From NCBI GenBank assembly GCA_023248655.1, contig JAHFEE010000002.1, positions 1-49,282 on the forward strand: a stretch of 49,282 nt of DNA. The letters are read 5' to 3'. Shown here one piece after another: positions 1 through 9,584 of the stretch (position 1 is its first letter; every line of letters begins with the position of its first letter). A model generated the notes under the pieces. It was not told the origin of the DNA, ran no database searches, and saw only the letters and a program-made list of their open reading frames with translations. Position numbers and translations under genes: made by a program. The stretch comes from Myxococcales bacterium (GTDB taxonomy: Bacteria > Myxococcota > UBA727 > JABDBI01).

Positions 1-56
1 ATTTCATCAAATTCTGTAAGTTTTGATGTTATTGTCATCTATTATTTACCAATCAT

Positions 57-632
57 TCATTTCAATCCAAGTGCAATAATAAATGTTTCCATGCTTCCAG
101 GTCTTGTGCTTTTAGGTCTCTTAATTTTAACATTTTCAAAGGACTTACGACATGTTTTTACGAATTCATGAAAGCCGCCGCCTTCTAAAATTTTTATGCA
201 AAAATTTCCATTTTTTTTTAAAGTTTTTTGAGCAATTTCAAGCGCTCTTTCGCACAAATATAAACTTTTCACCTGATCAATACTTTTAATTCCGCTCGTT
301 TTTGGAGCCATGTCACTAATCACTAAATCGAAAGTCTCAGAAGGAATGGCTATTTCAAAAATATCCCCCTGAATAAAATGAATATTGATTCCTAATTTGA
401 TTTTCAATGGAACAAGGTCAATGCCTAATACATAACGATTCAGTGGCGTTAATTTTTTTTCAATATACTGAATCCACGAGCCGGGGGAACAGCCTAAATC
501 TAAAATTTTAGATTTAGGCTTGATTAATGAAAAACTTTTATCGATTTCTTCGATTTTGAAGACTGATCTAGCAGAATAGCCCATCTGTTTTGCTTTTACA
601 TAAAAAAAATCTTTACGTTCATATTTAGCCAT
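57..632 (-). CDS. rlmE: 23S rRNA (uridine-2'-O)-methyltransferase RlmE/FtsJ
   Basis: ORF 57..731 carries the SAM-binding motif ILDLGCSPGSWIQY and DLVISDMAPKTSG, typical of FtsJ/RlmE. I moved the start to the internal ATG at 632 (MAKYERKDFFYVKAK...). The 33 upstream codons are hydrophobic and overlap the divergent ihfA-like gene. Confidence 0.85.
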   Translation of the reverse strand: MAKYERKDFFYVKAKQMGYSARSVFKIEEIDKSFSLIKPKSKILDLGCSPGSWIQYIEKKLTPLNRYVLGIDLVPLKIKLGINIHFIQGDIFEIAIPSETFDLVISDMAPKTSGIKSIDQVKSLYLCERALEIAQKTLKKNGNFCIKILEGGGFHEFVKTCRKSFENVKIKRPKSTRPGSMETFIIALGLK

Positions 633-678
633 ATATTTATTTAATATAGTGATTAAGTATATTACTAATAACAGAAAT

Positions 679-987
679 ATGATCAACAAACAAACATTAA
701 CTAAGCGCGAAATTGTATTATTAATAACCAAAAAATTGAATATTTCTAAAATTCAATGCATATTTTTAGTAAATCAAGTTTTTGAAAAAATGAAAAATTG
801 TTTGATTAAAAATGAAAAGATTCAAATTAGCGGTTTCGGAAAATTCGTAATTCGAAAAAAAAATATTCGCAAAGGAAGAAATCCTCAAACAGGAAAATTG
901 ATAGAAATTTCAGCAAGAAAAATTGTAACATTTAAATCAAGCCCATTGTTACGTCGCTTAATAGAAAAACAAAATATTAAAAACTGA
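679..987 (+). CDS. ihfA: Integration host factor alpha-like (IHF/HU family) DNA-binding protein
   Basis: ORF 649..987. GFGKFVIRKKNIRKGRNPQTGKLIEISARKIVTFKSS matches the IHF-alpha arm (GFGNF..R.GRNP.TG..I.I.AR.VVTF). Start placed at ATG 679 (MINKQTLTKREI...). Confidence 0.7.
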   Translation: MINKQTLTKREIVLLITKKLNISKIQCIFLVNQVFEKMKNCLIKNEKIQISGFGKFVIRKKNIRKGRNPQTGKLIEISARKIVTFKSSPLLRRLIEKQNIKN

Positions 988-1173
988 AAAACTAAAATTT
1001 AAAATAAAACGTATTTATGAATCTTGATAATTATTTAGCAGTTTTATGAATGTTGCTGCTATATCAATGTTTTCAATTCTGCGTAATCAATTAAAATGCA
1101 ACTAATTCCAAGTTAGTTATATTTTAAATTAACAAACACCTTGCCCCTTGAAACAATTAATTAATTTTCCCAC

Positions 1174-1201
1174 TTGCAAAAGTATTTCATTTATATAAAA
1201 T
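1174..1201 (+). promoter_or_regulatory. Candidate sigma70-type promoter for tRNA-Glu (TTGCAA-16 nt-TAAAAT)
   Basis: TTGCAA at 1174-1179 and TAAAAT at 1196-1201. The -10 ends 13 nt before the tRNA 5' end. Confidence 0.4.
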
Positions 1202-1214
1202 TAGAGCAACGTGA

Positions 1215-1287
1215 GTCCCCGTCGTTCAGAGGCCTAGGACACTGCCCTTTCACGGCAGTAACACGGGTTCGAATCCCGTCGGGGACA
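1215..1287 (+). tRNA. tRNA-Glu (anticodon UUC)
   Basis: GTCCCCGTCGTTCAGAGGCCTAGGACACTGCCCTTTCACGGCAGTAACACGGGTTCGAATCCCGTCGGGGACA folds as a cloverleaf. Acceptor is GTCCCCG/CGGGGAC, anticodon loop CTTTCAC, T-loop TTCGAAT. Very close to the E. coli tRNA-Glu layout. CCA is not encoded. Confidence 0.93.
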
Positions 1288-1642
1288 TGATTTATCTTTA
1301 ATTATCTAATGCCGATTATTATTAAACGCAGTACAGTTTGGCGCAATGCTGGGCTGGACCGGGGTTTGATAGTGTTTGCATGTTTAAGTTCTATTGCTTT
1401 GATATTATTAATACATATCATAACAAGTTGTACAAATTGCGCGCCCGTAAATAAATTGTGAATGGAATTATATAATTAAAAATGCGTTTAAAATATATTT
1501 AACAATTCTTATCCATTTTAGTGTTTTAATGTTTATGGATGCGCTGTTTTAATTTAGTAGTTTTTAAGAATTATATTTAAGAATTACAATAAACACTGCT
1601 AAAGAATTTGGTTTTTCTTGTACAATTTGATAGTAAACAAAT

Positions 1643-2335
1643 ATGATCTTATTAGTAATTTCTACATTTTTAAGTTTTATTACATTAATCTTTTTTTGGT
1701 TAACTTTAGATTTGGTAACCGGAATTCTTCCCGCATTGTTAATTTTATGCATATCGTATTTAATTTTTACTAGGCGCTGGACAGCGAAAATACAAAAGTG
1801 CATAGAAAGTGCTATTGCCGAAATTCAAAAAGGAAGAGCTGGTAGTGGAATAGAATTATTAAGAATCGTTAAAAAAAGATATGCATTATGGCAATTTTCC
1901 GTGGCTAGAACAATTGATAGTCAAATTGGAATTGTATATTTTATGCTAAAAGACTTTAAAAAAGCAAAACCTCTCTTGGAAAAATCTTTCATAAAACAAT
2001 GGAATGCACGAGTCGCATTAGCTCTAATTGCTTTTTTAAAAAAAGAATACAAAAAAATGGATGAAATATTTGAGAAAACCGCGAAATATTCACCAAAACA
2101 AGGATTACTGTGGAGCACGTGGGCGTATTGCCATTGGAAAATTGGAAATTCTGAAAAAGCAATTAATATTCTCGCCAGAGGTCAGGAAAAATTAGGAAAT
2201 TTAGATAAATATCTGAATATCAATTTAACAAATTTAAAAAACAACAAAAAAATGAAGATGTCAGGCTACGGGCAGGAATGGTTACAATTTCAACTAGAAC
2301 AACCACAGGCAATGAAAGTAAAAATTAAGAGATAA
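1643..2335 (+). CDS. Hypothetical membrane-anchored TPR-like repeat protein
   Basis: 230-aa ORF with two N-terminal hydrophobic helices (LLVISTFLSFITLIFFWL, ILPALLILCISYLIF). These are followed by TPR-like helical repeats (GIVYFMLKDFKKAKPLLEKSF, CHWKIGNSEKAINILARG). It ends 12 nt before lnt. No specific family recognised. Confidence 0.55.
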   Translation: MILLVISTFLSFITLIFFWLTLDLVTGILPALLILCISYLIFTRRWTAKIQKCIESAIAEIQKGRAGSGIELLRIVKKRYALWQFSVARTIDSQIGIVYFMLKDFKKAKPLLEKSFIKQWNARVALALIAFLKKEYKKMDEIFEKTAKYSPKQGLLWSTWAYCHWKIGNSEKAINILARGQEKLGNLDKYLNINLTNLKNNKKMKMSGYGQEWLQFQLEQPQAMKVKIKR

Positions 2336-2347
2336 CCTGCAAATATT

Positions 2348-4078
2348 GTGGATATAGAGATAAAAAATCCGGTAATAGATAATAAAATCAACACCAGATA
2401 TATACGATCTTTTTTATTAGCATTGTTTTCTGGTTGTTTGTTGGCCGTAGGTCAATTGAGTCAATTCGGATGGATTTCATTTGTGGCCTACATTCCGTTA
2501 ATTACAATTGTGTATAGAAAAAAATTTCTAGATATTTTTAAATTTTCTTTTTTTTCTTTCTTTTTATACTATTTCATTACATTTAAATGGATTTCAGCAA
2601 CCATAATTCAATTTACAAAAATTTCTTTTGAATTAAGCATTTTAGCACTTTTTTTTCTGTCAATTATATTTGCCTTTTATCATGCAGCTATATTTTGCTT
2701 AACGCGCTGGTTGTCTATTTATTTCAATTGGTCATATTTATGGTTATTTCCTGTAGGATTATGTGTTTCTGAATATCTAAAGGAATATGGATATATCGTA
2801 TCTTTTCCATGGGGTTCGCCAGCATACTCCCTACTGACTGTTCGACTAATTTCGCAAATTGCTTCCGTGGTTGGTGTTTATGGATTAGTGTTTATTGTTG
2901 GATTAATAAATTCAGCAATATTTGAATTATTATTCATCAAGAATAATAATAATTTACAAATTGTTACCCTCTCAGTTATCACTGTTGTGATTTGCTATGG
3001 CTGGTTGCAGATAAATAATCAAAGTAAGTACAATCATCTTGAGAACATTAAAATCGCAACTCTGCAGGGCAACAACAGGCAACAAGTTGATCAAAATTCA
3101 GATTTTAATCAAATAAAAATTTTTGATAAATATAAAGAACTTCAACAAAAGGCTATGATGCAAAATGTAAAAATTACAGTTTGGCCAGAATCGTCATATC
3201 CATATCATGTATCAAGAAACAATTTCCATCAAATGTTGCAGCTAAAAAATTTATCCGACGTAAACATAATCCCCGCCACTTCGTTTGATTCTGAAAATAA
3301 AATTTATAATACAGTATTTATGGTTAATCGGAGTAAGGATATTGTCGGAATTTTTGACAAAAATCATTTGGTGCCTTTTGGAGAGTATGTTCCATGGCCC
3401 TTTAAATCTTTTTTTTCAAAATTTATACCACACTCAATTAACTTTAATCGTAATACGGTATCTAAATCAATTCCAATTTACATTGTAACGAAAAATAAAT
3501 TAAAAAGAATTTTTGTGGCGATAATCATATGTTATGACGGGGGATTTCCAAAAATAAGTCGAAATTTTACTAAAAATAAAGCAGAATTATTAATTAATGT
3601 AAGCAATGACAGTTGGTACGGGAACTCATGGGAGCCAGATCAACACTTAAAAATGTACCAAATGCGTTCTATTGAAACTGCCAGAAATTGTATACGCGCA
3701 ACAGATACTGGCATTTCGGCTTGGGTTGATGTCAATGGAAATATTCATAGGCCAACGAATCTTTTCAGAGAAGCACTTTCAATTTACAATATTTCAACAT
3801 CTACGGAAAAAACAGCATATCAAAAATTTGGAGATATTGTTCCAAAGATTTGTTTGTATGTTCTGATGAGTTGTATTATCTATTCAAAATATCCAAGAAC
3901 AAAATTAGACTTAATATTGTCATTAATTGGAGTATGTATAGTGCTATTTTTTTGTGTGCTTTTAGAACAAACAACTTCTTTGTTGAATGATTCTACGCAA
4001 ACCCAAAAAACGACAATGATTTTACTGGGTCTAATGATTTGGTTTAGAGTTGATTTCAAATTTTTTTATAAAAAATAA
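2348..4078 (+). CDS. lnt: Apolipoprotein N-acyltransferase
   Basis: 576-aa ORF with a GTG start. It has a multi-helix N-terminal membrane domain followed by a CN-hydrolase domain with VWPESS (catalytic Glu), FDKNHLVPFGEYVP (Lys) and IICYDGGFP (Cys). Confidence 0.85.
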   Translation: MDIEIKNPVIDNKINTRYIRSFLLALFSGCLLAVGQLSQFGWISFVAYIPLITIVYRKKFLDIFKFSFFSFFLYYFITFKWISATIIQFTKISFELSILALFFLSIIFAFYHAAIFCLTRWLSIYFNWSYLWLFPVGLCVSEYLKEYGYIVSFPWGSPAYSLLTVRLISQIASVVGVYGLVFIVGLINSAIFELLFIKNNNNLQIVTLSVITVVICYGWLQINNQSKYNHLENIKIATLQGNNRQQVDQNSDFNQIKIFDKYKELQQKAMMQNVKITVWPESSYPYHVSRNNFHQMLQLKNLSDVNIIPATSFDSENKIYNTVFMVNRSKDIVGIFDKNHLVPFGEYVPWPFKSFFSKFIPHSINFNRNTVSKSIPIYIVTKNKLKRIFVAIIICYDGGFPKISRNFTKNKAELLINVSNDSWYGNSWEPDQHLKMYQMRSIETARNCIRATDTGISAWVDVNGNIHRPTNLFREALSIYNISTSTEKTAYQKFGDIVPKICLYVLMSCIIYSKYPRTKLDLILSLIGVCIVLFFCVLLEQTTSLLNDSTQTQKTTMILLGLMIWFRVDFKFFYKK

Positions 4079-4204
4079 AAATTATTAATTTATTAATTGA
4101 TAAACAATGTCATTGATATTGCGATAAATAGAATAATGCGAAAATCATTTTAAAATCTCAAGACTGTCAAAATTACAAAATAATTATGCTATTAGATTAA
4201 TAGT

Positions 4205-5284
4205 ATGGATATATCTAAACTTTTTAAAAAAGCACAAAGTCTTGAAAGTCTATTGCAAATTCATGAAAAACAAAAAAAATATAAAGAATTAAGTTTACTG
4301 ATTGAAAATCCTGATTTTTGGAATAACCAAAAAAATGCAACTGAAATACAAAAAGAAAAAGCAATTTTAGAAAAAGAGGTAGAACGTTTTTTAAAAATAA
4401 AACAAGATATTAATGATTACTTGGAATTATCAAAACTTATAGATGCAACCAAAAGGGATGAATTATCACAATTGGTTTCTGAATTTAAAAAACTTGAATA
4501 TAAATTGCATCAAATCGAAATCGAACAAATGCTCTCAGGTGCAACGGATAAAAATAATGCAATTTTAAGTATCAATTCAGGACAGGGAGGCATAGATTCT
4601 CAGGATTTTGCAGAGATTTTGCTTAGGATGTATACAAGATACGCTGAGCGACATGGCTATTCAGTAGAATTGATGGAATTCTTACCAGGAGAGGAAGCTG
4701 GAATTAAGAATGCAACAATTTTGATAACAGGAAAATTTGCCTATGGTTATTTAAAAGCCGAAATCGGAGTGCATAGATTAGTCAGGATTTCTCCATTTGA
4801 TTCCAATTCTAGACGACACACTTCATTTTGCTCAATTTGGGCAATTCCAGAAATTGAAGACTCAATCGAAATTGAAATTAGACCAGAGGATTTAAGAATT
4901 GATACCTTTAAATCCGGAGGAGCCGGTGGACAACATGTAAATAAAACAGAAAGTGCGATCCGAATAACACACATTCCAACAAATACGGTTGTTGCTTGTC
5001 AGTCAGAAAGAAGTCAAATAAAAAATCGTTCAACCGCGATGAAAATCTTACGCTCTAGATTGTATGATCTAGAGGTTAAAAAAAGACTCGCAAATAAAAA
5101 TAAAGCAGAAGCAGAAAAAATGGAAGCTTCATTTGGATCACAAATTAGAAATTATGTACTAGCGCCCTATCGCCTAGTGAAAGATCTTCGCACCCATCAT
5201 GAAACAGGAAACGTAGATGCAGTTCTGGATGGTGATATTCACCAATTTATTGAAATGTATTTAATTTATAAGAAAAGAAATTAA
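4205..5284 (+). CDS. prfB: Peptide chain release factor 2
   Basis: Contains the SPF tripeptide (RISPFDSNSRRHTSF) and the GGQ motif (SGGAGGQHVNKTESAIRITHIPT). Aligns along its whole length with RF2. It is a single uninterrupted frame with no +1 frameshift site. Confidence 0.92.
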   Translation: MDISKLFKKAQSLESLLQIHEKQKKYKELSLLIENPDFWNNQKNATEIQKEKAILEKEVERFLKIKQDINDYLELSKLIDATKRDELSQLVSEFKKLEYKLHQIEIEQMLSGATDKNNAILSINSGQGGIDSQDFAEILLRMYTRYAERHGYSVELMEFLPGEEAGIKNATILITGKFAYGYLKAEIGVHRLVRISPFDSNSRRHTSFCSIWAIPEIEDSIEIEIRPEDLRIDTFKSGGAGGQHVNKTESAIRITHIPTNTVVACQSERSQIKNRSTAMKILRSRLYDLEVKKRLANKNKAEAEKMEASFGSQIRNYVLAPYRLVKDLRTHHETGNVDAVLDGDIHQFIEMYLIYKKRN

Positions 5285-6185
5285 AATTCTTTATCGAGGA
5301 AAGTGCGGTAGAAATTAATACTGTTCCGTTTATTGGCCGAAATACGGGATTAACATTATCCTCAACAAACCATTGATATGTAGAAAGCCCTGCAGCAACC
5401 GGTTCTTTTATATTGCACATTGCGGCAAAAAGAACCAACCAGCTTAAACTGTAACTACTTTCAAAAGCTGAGCATACAGCAATTCTCATTCCTAGTTTGC
5501 CGGCCTGATGAAAACAATTCCATACAGAATTTAAATTTGGCATTAAGAAAGGTTTAATGGCATATGTGTTAACCCCCTCATGAATAGGGCAAATTTTATT
5601 AGCGTATTCTATTAATGTTTCATCCAGAGCGGCAAAAATTCCCGTTTCTCTATAGAACAATCTGATATCAAATGGGTTTTTAACTGGTTCTTCAAAATAT
5701 TCAATTTTTAAATTTGAAATTTTTTTTCCAAAATAAATCGCTTTCTCAAGTTCAAGTGCTCGATTTGCATCTAGCCGAATATTGATTTCGTTTCCAAACT
5801 GAATCCGGATTTTTTTCAAACACTCTGCTTCAAGATTCAAATTTTTACCTACTTTAAACTTAAACGTCTTAAATCCATCTTTAATAAAGAATTTCATCTT
5901 AGATAAAATTTCATTAAACGGCAAAAATGAATCAATTAAAACCGCTACAGGGATCACCTTATGTTTGAAGCTGATTTTATCCAGCTCCAAAAGTGTAATA
6001 TCTTTTGAAAATTCTGCATGTTGAACAATTTCAGCAAATCTATGGTTGTTATATAGCCATTTACTTGTATAGAAATAAGGATTTTTTGAAATTAATTTTC
6101 TTCTTTGTAAAACAAAGGGTTTGTGCAGTTTTGATACTGAAATTAAGCAAACCTCAGAACTGACTAAGTTGTCCAAGAGCAACAT
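5247..6185 (-). CDS. menC: o-Succinylbenzoate synthase-like enolase-superfamily enzyme
   Basis: Has the KxK motif (FKFKVG), metal ligands in IRLDANRAL, EYFEEP and ALDETL, and the second catalytic Lys in YAIKP. Its length of 312 aa is typical of MenC. Other enolase-superfamily specificities are not excluded. Confidence 0.6.
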   Translation of the reverse strand: MLLLDNLVSSEVCLISVSKLHKPFVLQRRKLISKNPYFYTSKWLYNNHRFAEIVQHAEFSKDITLLELDKISFKHKVIPVAVLIDSFLPFNEILSKMKFFIKDGFKTFKFKVGKNLNLEAECLKKIRIQFGNEINIRLDANRALELEKAIYFGKKISNLKIEYFEEPVKNPFDIRLFYRETGIFAALDETLIEYANKICPIHEGVNTYAIKPFLMPNLNSVWNCFHQAGKLGMRIAVCSAFESSYSLSWLVLFAAMCNIKEPVAAGLSTYQWFVEDNVNPVFRPINGTVLISTALSSIKNFNFFSYKLNTFQ

Positions 6186-6228
6186 TGATATTATCCTTAA
6201 TTCATATGTAAACTGTGAATAAACAATA

Positions 6229-6301
6229 TGGGCCCGGAGGGAATTGAACCCCCAACCACCGGATTAAGAGTCCATTGCTCTACCAGTTGAGCTACGAGCC
6301 C
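6229..6301 (-). tRNA. tRNA-Lys (anticodon CUU)
   Basis: The reverse complement is GGGCTCGTAGCTCAACTGGTAGAGCAATGGACTCTTAATCCGGTGGTTGGGGGTTCAATTCCCTCCGGGCCCA. Anticodon loop is CTCTTAA. Cloverleaf is canonical and CCA is not encoded. Confidence 0.92.
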
Positions 6302-6496
6302 ATGAAGTGCATTTATTTTACATTACAATACAGTGCTTAACAAATCCATTCAAATCACTAGTTATAATATTGCAAAGCATTTTAATCTGACCTCGATAAA
6401 GTCTTATTGAGGCTATGATAAAAACTAACACAAATCAATATTACTTGACAAAATAATAAAAATATAGCGAAATAATTGTAAAGGATAAGTTATAAT

Positions 6497-6820
6497 ATGA
6501 TGACCTATGCAGTGATGGAAGCAGCTGGAAAACAATACAAAGTTTACGCCAATGAAAAAATAAAATTAGATCTTAATCGAGATTTTCGTGTTGGCGAGAA
6601 ATTAATATTTAATAATATTTTATTGATCGGTGGCGATATTGTAAAGATAGGAACACCACTGATACCAAACGCCAGAATTAACGCTACAGTATTAAGTGTT
6701 GGAAAGGATAAAAAAATTATAGTTTTTAAGAAAAAACGTCGTCAAGGTTACCAAAAAACACAAGGTCATCGACAGCACCATGTAGAAGTTTTAATTAACG
6801 AGGTTAATTGTGGCTCATAA
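6497..6820 (+). CDS. rplU: 50S ribosomal protein L21
   Basis: N-terminus [15 protein letters not shown] and GHRQHHVEV are typical L21 motifs. An AAAGGA Shine-Dalgarno-like sequence lies upstream. Confidence 0.9.
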   Translation: MMTYAVMEAAGKQYKVYANEKIKLDLNRDFRVGEKLIFNNILLIGGDIVKIGTPLIPNARINATVLSVGKDKKIIVFKKKRRQGYQKTQGHRQHHVEVLINEVNCGS

Positions 6821-7067
6821 AAAAGGACAAGGTTCAACCAGAAATGGTCGCGATTCAAATCCAAAATATCTTGGGGTAAAAAAGTCAGATGGCAGTAAGG
6901 TTCTAACTGGAAATATATTAGTTCGCCAACGAGGAACAAAAATTAAACCCGGAAAAAATGTTGGATGTGGGAAGGATTATACTTTATTTGCACTAGCTCA
7001 TGGTGTGTTAAAATTTGAACGCAGTTCAAAAGAACGTGTATTTGCTAATATATACCCTAACGTATGA
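6810..7067 (+). CDS. rpmA: 50S ribosomal protein L27
   Basis: Has a GTG start. [25 protein letters not shown]...[10 protein letters not shown] is the canonical L27 sequence. It overlaps the rplU end by 11 nt. Confidence 0.93.
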   Translation: MAHKKGQGSTRNGRDSNPKYLGVKKSDGSKVLTGNILVRQRGTKIKPGKNVGCGKDYTLFALAHGVLKFERSSKERVFANIYPNV

Positions 7068-8050
7068 CAAGAATTGCCATTAATGGCTTTGGTAGAATAG
7101 GTCGTTCAGTGCTGCGTGTTATTCAGAAGTATCCAGACTTACAAGTCGTAGCAATAAATGATCTGAGTAACATTGAATCTATGGCGTATTTATTAAAATA
7201 CGACTCCGTTCATGGCCGCATAGATGGTGATATTAACATTGATAATAACTATATCGTGTTCAACGGAAGTCCGATTTTTATTACCTCTGAGAAAAATATA
7301 GATCTTCTTCCATGGAAATTACTTGAAGTTGATGTTGTAATTGAATCTACTGGTTTTTATTTAACTCGCAGTGAAGTAGAAAGACATTTGCATTCTGGGG
7401 CTAAAAAAGTATTAGTGACTGCACCGTTGAATAATGCCGATGCAACGATTTGTTATGGTATAAATAATGACTCATTTAGAAAAAAAATGAGAATTCTATC
7501 AATGGCTTCCTGTACAACAAATTGTCTTGCCTCAATTGTAAAAGTACTGCAAGACAAATTTACTATAGAAAATGCTTTTGCAACAACAATACACAGTTAT
7601 ACAAATGATCAAAGATTGCTTGATTGTTTTCATGAAGACCAAAGACGTTCCCGTGCGGCTGGCTTATCTATAATTCCGACAACAACGGGCGCAGTAAAAG
7701 CAATATCTTTAATTTTCCCAGAATTGACAGATAAATTCGATGGATTTTCAATTCGTGTTCCAACCCCCAACGTAAGTTGTGTAGACCTGACTGCAGTTTT
7801 ATCGCAAAAAACAACCACGAGCGAGTTAAATAAATTCTTTCAAAATGCATCAAATACCTATTTAAAAAATATTTTAGGTTACACCGAAGACCCAATTGTT
7901 TCAGTAGACATAAGAGGGATGAAGGAATCTGCAATACTGGATGCCTCTTTTACTAAAGTTTTAAACGGAAACTTGATAAAAATTTTGTCTTGGTATGATA
8001 ATGAATGGGGTTTTAGTAATCGTGTTGTTGATTTTCTTCATTTGTTTTGA
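7064..8050 (+). CDS. gap: Glyceraldehyde-3-phosphate dehydrogenase
   Basis: Contains INGFGRIGR (NAD fold), the catalytic SCTTNCLA, and the C-terminal [15 protein letters not shown] start/stop overlap with rpmA. Confidence 0.93.
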   Translation: MTRIAINGFGRIGRSVLRVIQKYPDLQVVAINDLSNIESMAYLLKYDSVHGRIDGDINIDNNYIVFNGSPIFITSEKNIDLLPWKLLEVDVVIESTGFYLTRSEVERHLHSGAKKVLVTAPLNNADATICYGINNDSFRKKMRILSMASCTTNCLASIVKVLQDKFTIENAFATTIHSYTNDQRLLDCFHEDQRRSRAAGLSIIPTTTGAVKAISLIFPELTDKFDGFSIRVPTPNVSCVDLTAVLSQKTTTSELNKFFQNASNTYLKNILGYTEDPIVSVDIRGMKESAILDASFTKVLNGNLIKILSWYDNEWGFSNRVVDFLHLF

Positions 8051-8360
8051 AAAATCTTCTTATTGTGCTTCTTGTTATGATAACATATCAGAAATAAAAC
8101 AATGATTTAGGGCACAAATTTGCTACCATGACTTGAATAAAACATAAAATCATTATACAATAACGCTAAACTAGGTATAAAAATTACATCAAGCGATCAA
8201 CAAGAGGATGAGATTTTAAAGAGTTTAAGGTTGCTAAAATAAATTAGTGCTACAATTTGCGATATTTAAGACAATGACAGTGTTTTAAGCGAAAGTGGCT
8301 TGCTGCAAAATTCTAATTTGATTGTAGTTTTCAATTTAACCTAATAGTTTCAATTTGTTT

Positions 8361-9536
8361 ATGTATAAAACTTTATCTACCGGGGTTGCGATGTTTGCCA
8401 TGCTTTTTGGCGCAGGAAATGTAGCGTTTCCATTAGCCCTGGGAAGAGAATCTGGGAACACTGTTGGCTGGTCTATAATTGGATTCTGCATTACGGCAGT
8501 GCTGGTTCCCTTGTTTGGGCTTGTATCCATCATGCTCTACAATGGTGATTATCGAGTATTCTTGGGAAGAATAGGGTCAATACCGGGATTAATCTTAACT
8601 GGAATTTGCATGATATTAGTTGGACCATTTGGAGCAATACCGCGCTGTATTAACATGGCTTACGCTGCAACAAAATGGTATTTTCCAACATTCCCTCTTC
8701 TGTACTTTAGCATAACTATAGCACATGTTATATTTTTTTCTGCATTAAAACAAGGCAATGTGGTTGATTTAATTGGTAAATTTCTTGGCCCGTTAAAATT
8801 ATTTCTTTTATTTGGAATTATAACAATTGGATTATTTTGGATGCATGGAACATTATCCATCGTAAACGTATCTATTCCAAACGCTATAATTAAGGGGGCA
8901 ATTGAGGGATATGGAACCATGGATTTACTTGGTACTATTTTTTTTGCTGGATTAATCGTTCAAAGTCTTAAAAAAAATACAAAAAGCAATGGAAAAGAAT
9001 CAGATTCAAACTCAGAAGAGGAATATAAAAATTTAGCCATAAGAGGACTAAGGGCAGGTATAGTTGGAGCCATTTTATTGGGGTCTGTGTATGCTGGTTT
9101 TTGCCTAGTTGCGGCAATACATGGTCCAAATATTGAAAACACAGATAAGTATGAATTGCTAAATTCTCTTGCTCCATATATTTTAGGAAAACATGGAGGA
9201 GTATTAACAAATTTCACTATTGGTGTTTCTTGTTTTGTGACCGCATTGGCATTGACTGTTGTTTTCTCGGAGTATTTACAAAAAACAGTTTTTAAGGGAA
9301 GCATAAATTACACAATCGCTCTTCTTATAACGGTGATAACAAGTTGCCTAATGTCAAATTTGGGTTTCAATAAAATAATGAGTTTAATATCTCCAATAAT
9401 AGCTGCCTGCTATCCAGCACTTATAGTTTTGTCTGCAATGAATATGATGCATAAATTATTTCAAATTCATTTAGTGAAATTGCCGGTTTTTTTAACCTTA
9501 GCCGGGACCTTGATAACAATGTATTTTCAATCTTAA
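8361..9536 (+). CDS. brnQ: Branched-chain amino acid transport carrier (LIVCS family)
   Basis: Polytopic membrane protein with the BrnQ-type N-terminal motif FAMLFGAGNVAFPLALG. ATG 8361 is preferred over the in-frame TTG at 8355. Confidence 0.8.
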   Translation: MYKTLSTGVAMFAMLFGAGNVAFPLALGRESGNTVGWSIIGFCITAVLVPLFGLVSIMLYNGDYRVFLGRIGSIPGLILTGICMILVGPFGAIPRCINMAYAATKWYFPTFPLLYFSITIAHVIFFSALKQGNVVDLIGKFLGPLKLFLLFGIITIGLFWMHGTLSIVNVSIPNAIIKGAIEGYGTMDLLGTIFFAGLIVQSLKKNTKSNGKESDSNSEEEYKNLAIRGLRAGIVGAILLGSVYAGFCLVAAIHGPNIENTDKYELLNSLAPYILGKHGGVLTNFTIGVSCFVTALALTVVFSEYLQKTVFKGSINYTIALLITVITSCLMSNLGFNKIMSLISPIIAACYPALIVLSAMNMMHKLFQIHLVKLPVFLTLAGTLITMYFQS

Positions 9537-9584
9537 TCATAATTGACATTGTGATTTATTGCTATATTTCAATATGACATCAGT

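Noticed and set aside
1145-1175. E. coli-type sigma32-like match CCCTTGAAA-N14-TCCCACTT upstream of tRNA-Glu.
   Set aside because: It is a single occurrence with two mismatches in the -10 element. It overlaps a better sigma70-type promoter, sits upstream of a tRNA, and the genuine heat-shock operons in this window (dnaK, groESL) do not carry this motif.
1564-1803. A 79-aa minus-strand ORF overlapping the start of the TPR-like gene.
   Set aside because: It is basic and low-complexity with no motif, overlaps the better-supported + strand ORF, and is probably spurious.
4205-5284. Absence of the programmed +1 frameshift in prfB.
   Set aside because: The frame is continuous through the region equivalent to the E. 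coli CUU UGA C site. A sizeable minority of bacterial lineages are known to lack the RF2 frameshift, so this is not novel.
8960-9304. Antisense and alternative-frame ORFs inside well-supported genes. Examples: 8336..8533, 8660..8920, 8960..9304 and 8968..9210 opposite brnQ; 10124..10483, 10155..10346, 10877..11194 and 11945..12168 in gyrA; 13253..13700 and 13609..13926 opposite the agmatinase-like gene and dnaK; 45087..45314, 45362..45737 and 46043..46411 opposite groES/groEL; 7630..7934 opposite gap; 3285..3488 and 3672..3866 in lnt.
   Set aside because: Each is fully embedded in a longer ORF that has unambiguous family motifs. They have low-complexity or odd composition, no Shine-Dalgarno sequence and no recognisable domain. 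They are ordinary shadow ORFs of AT-rich or codon-biased genes.
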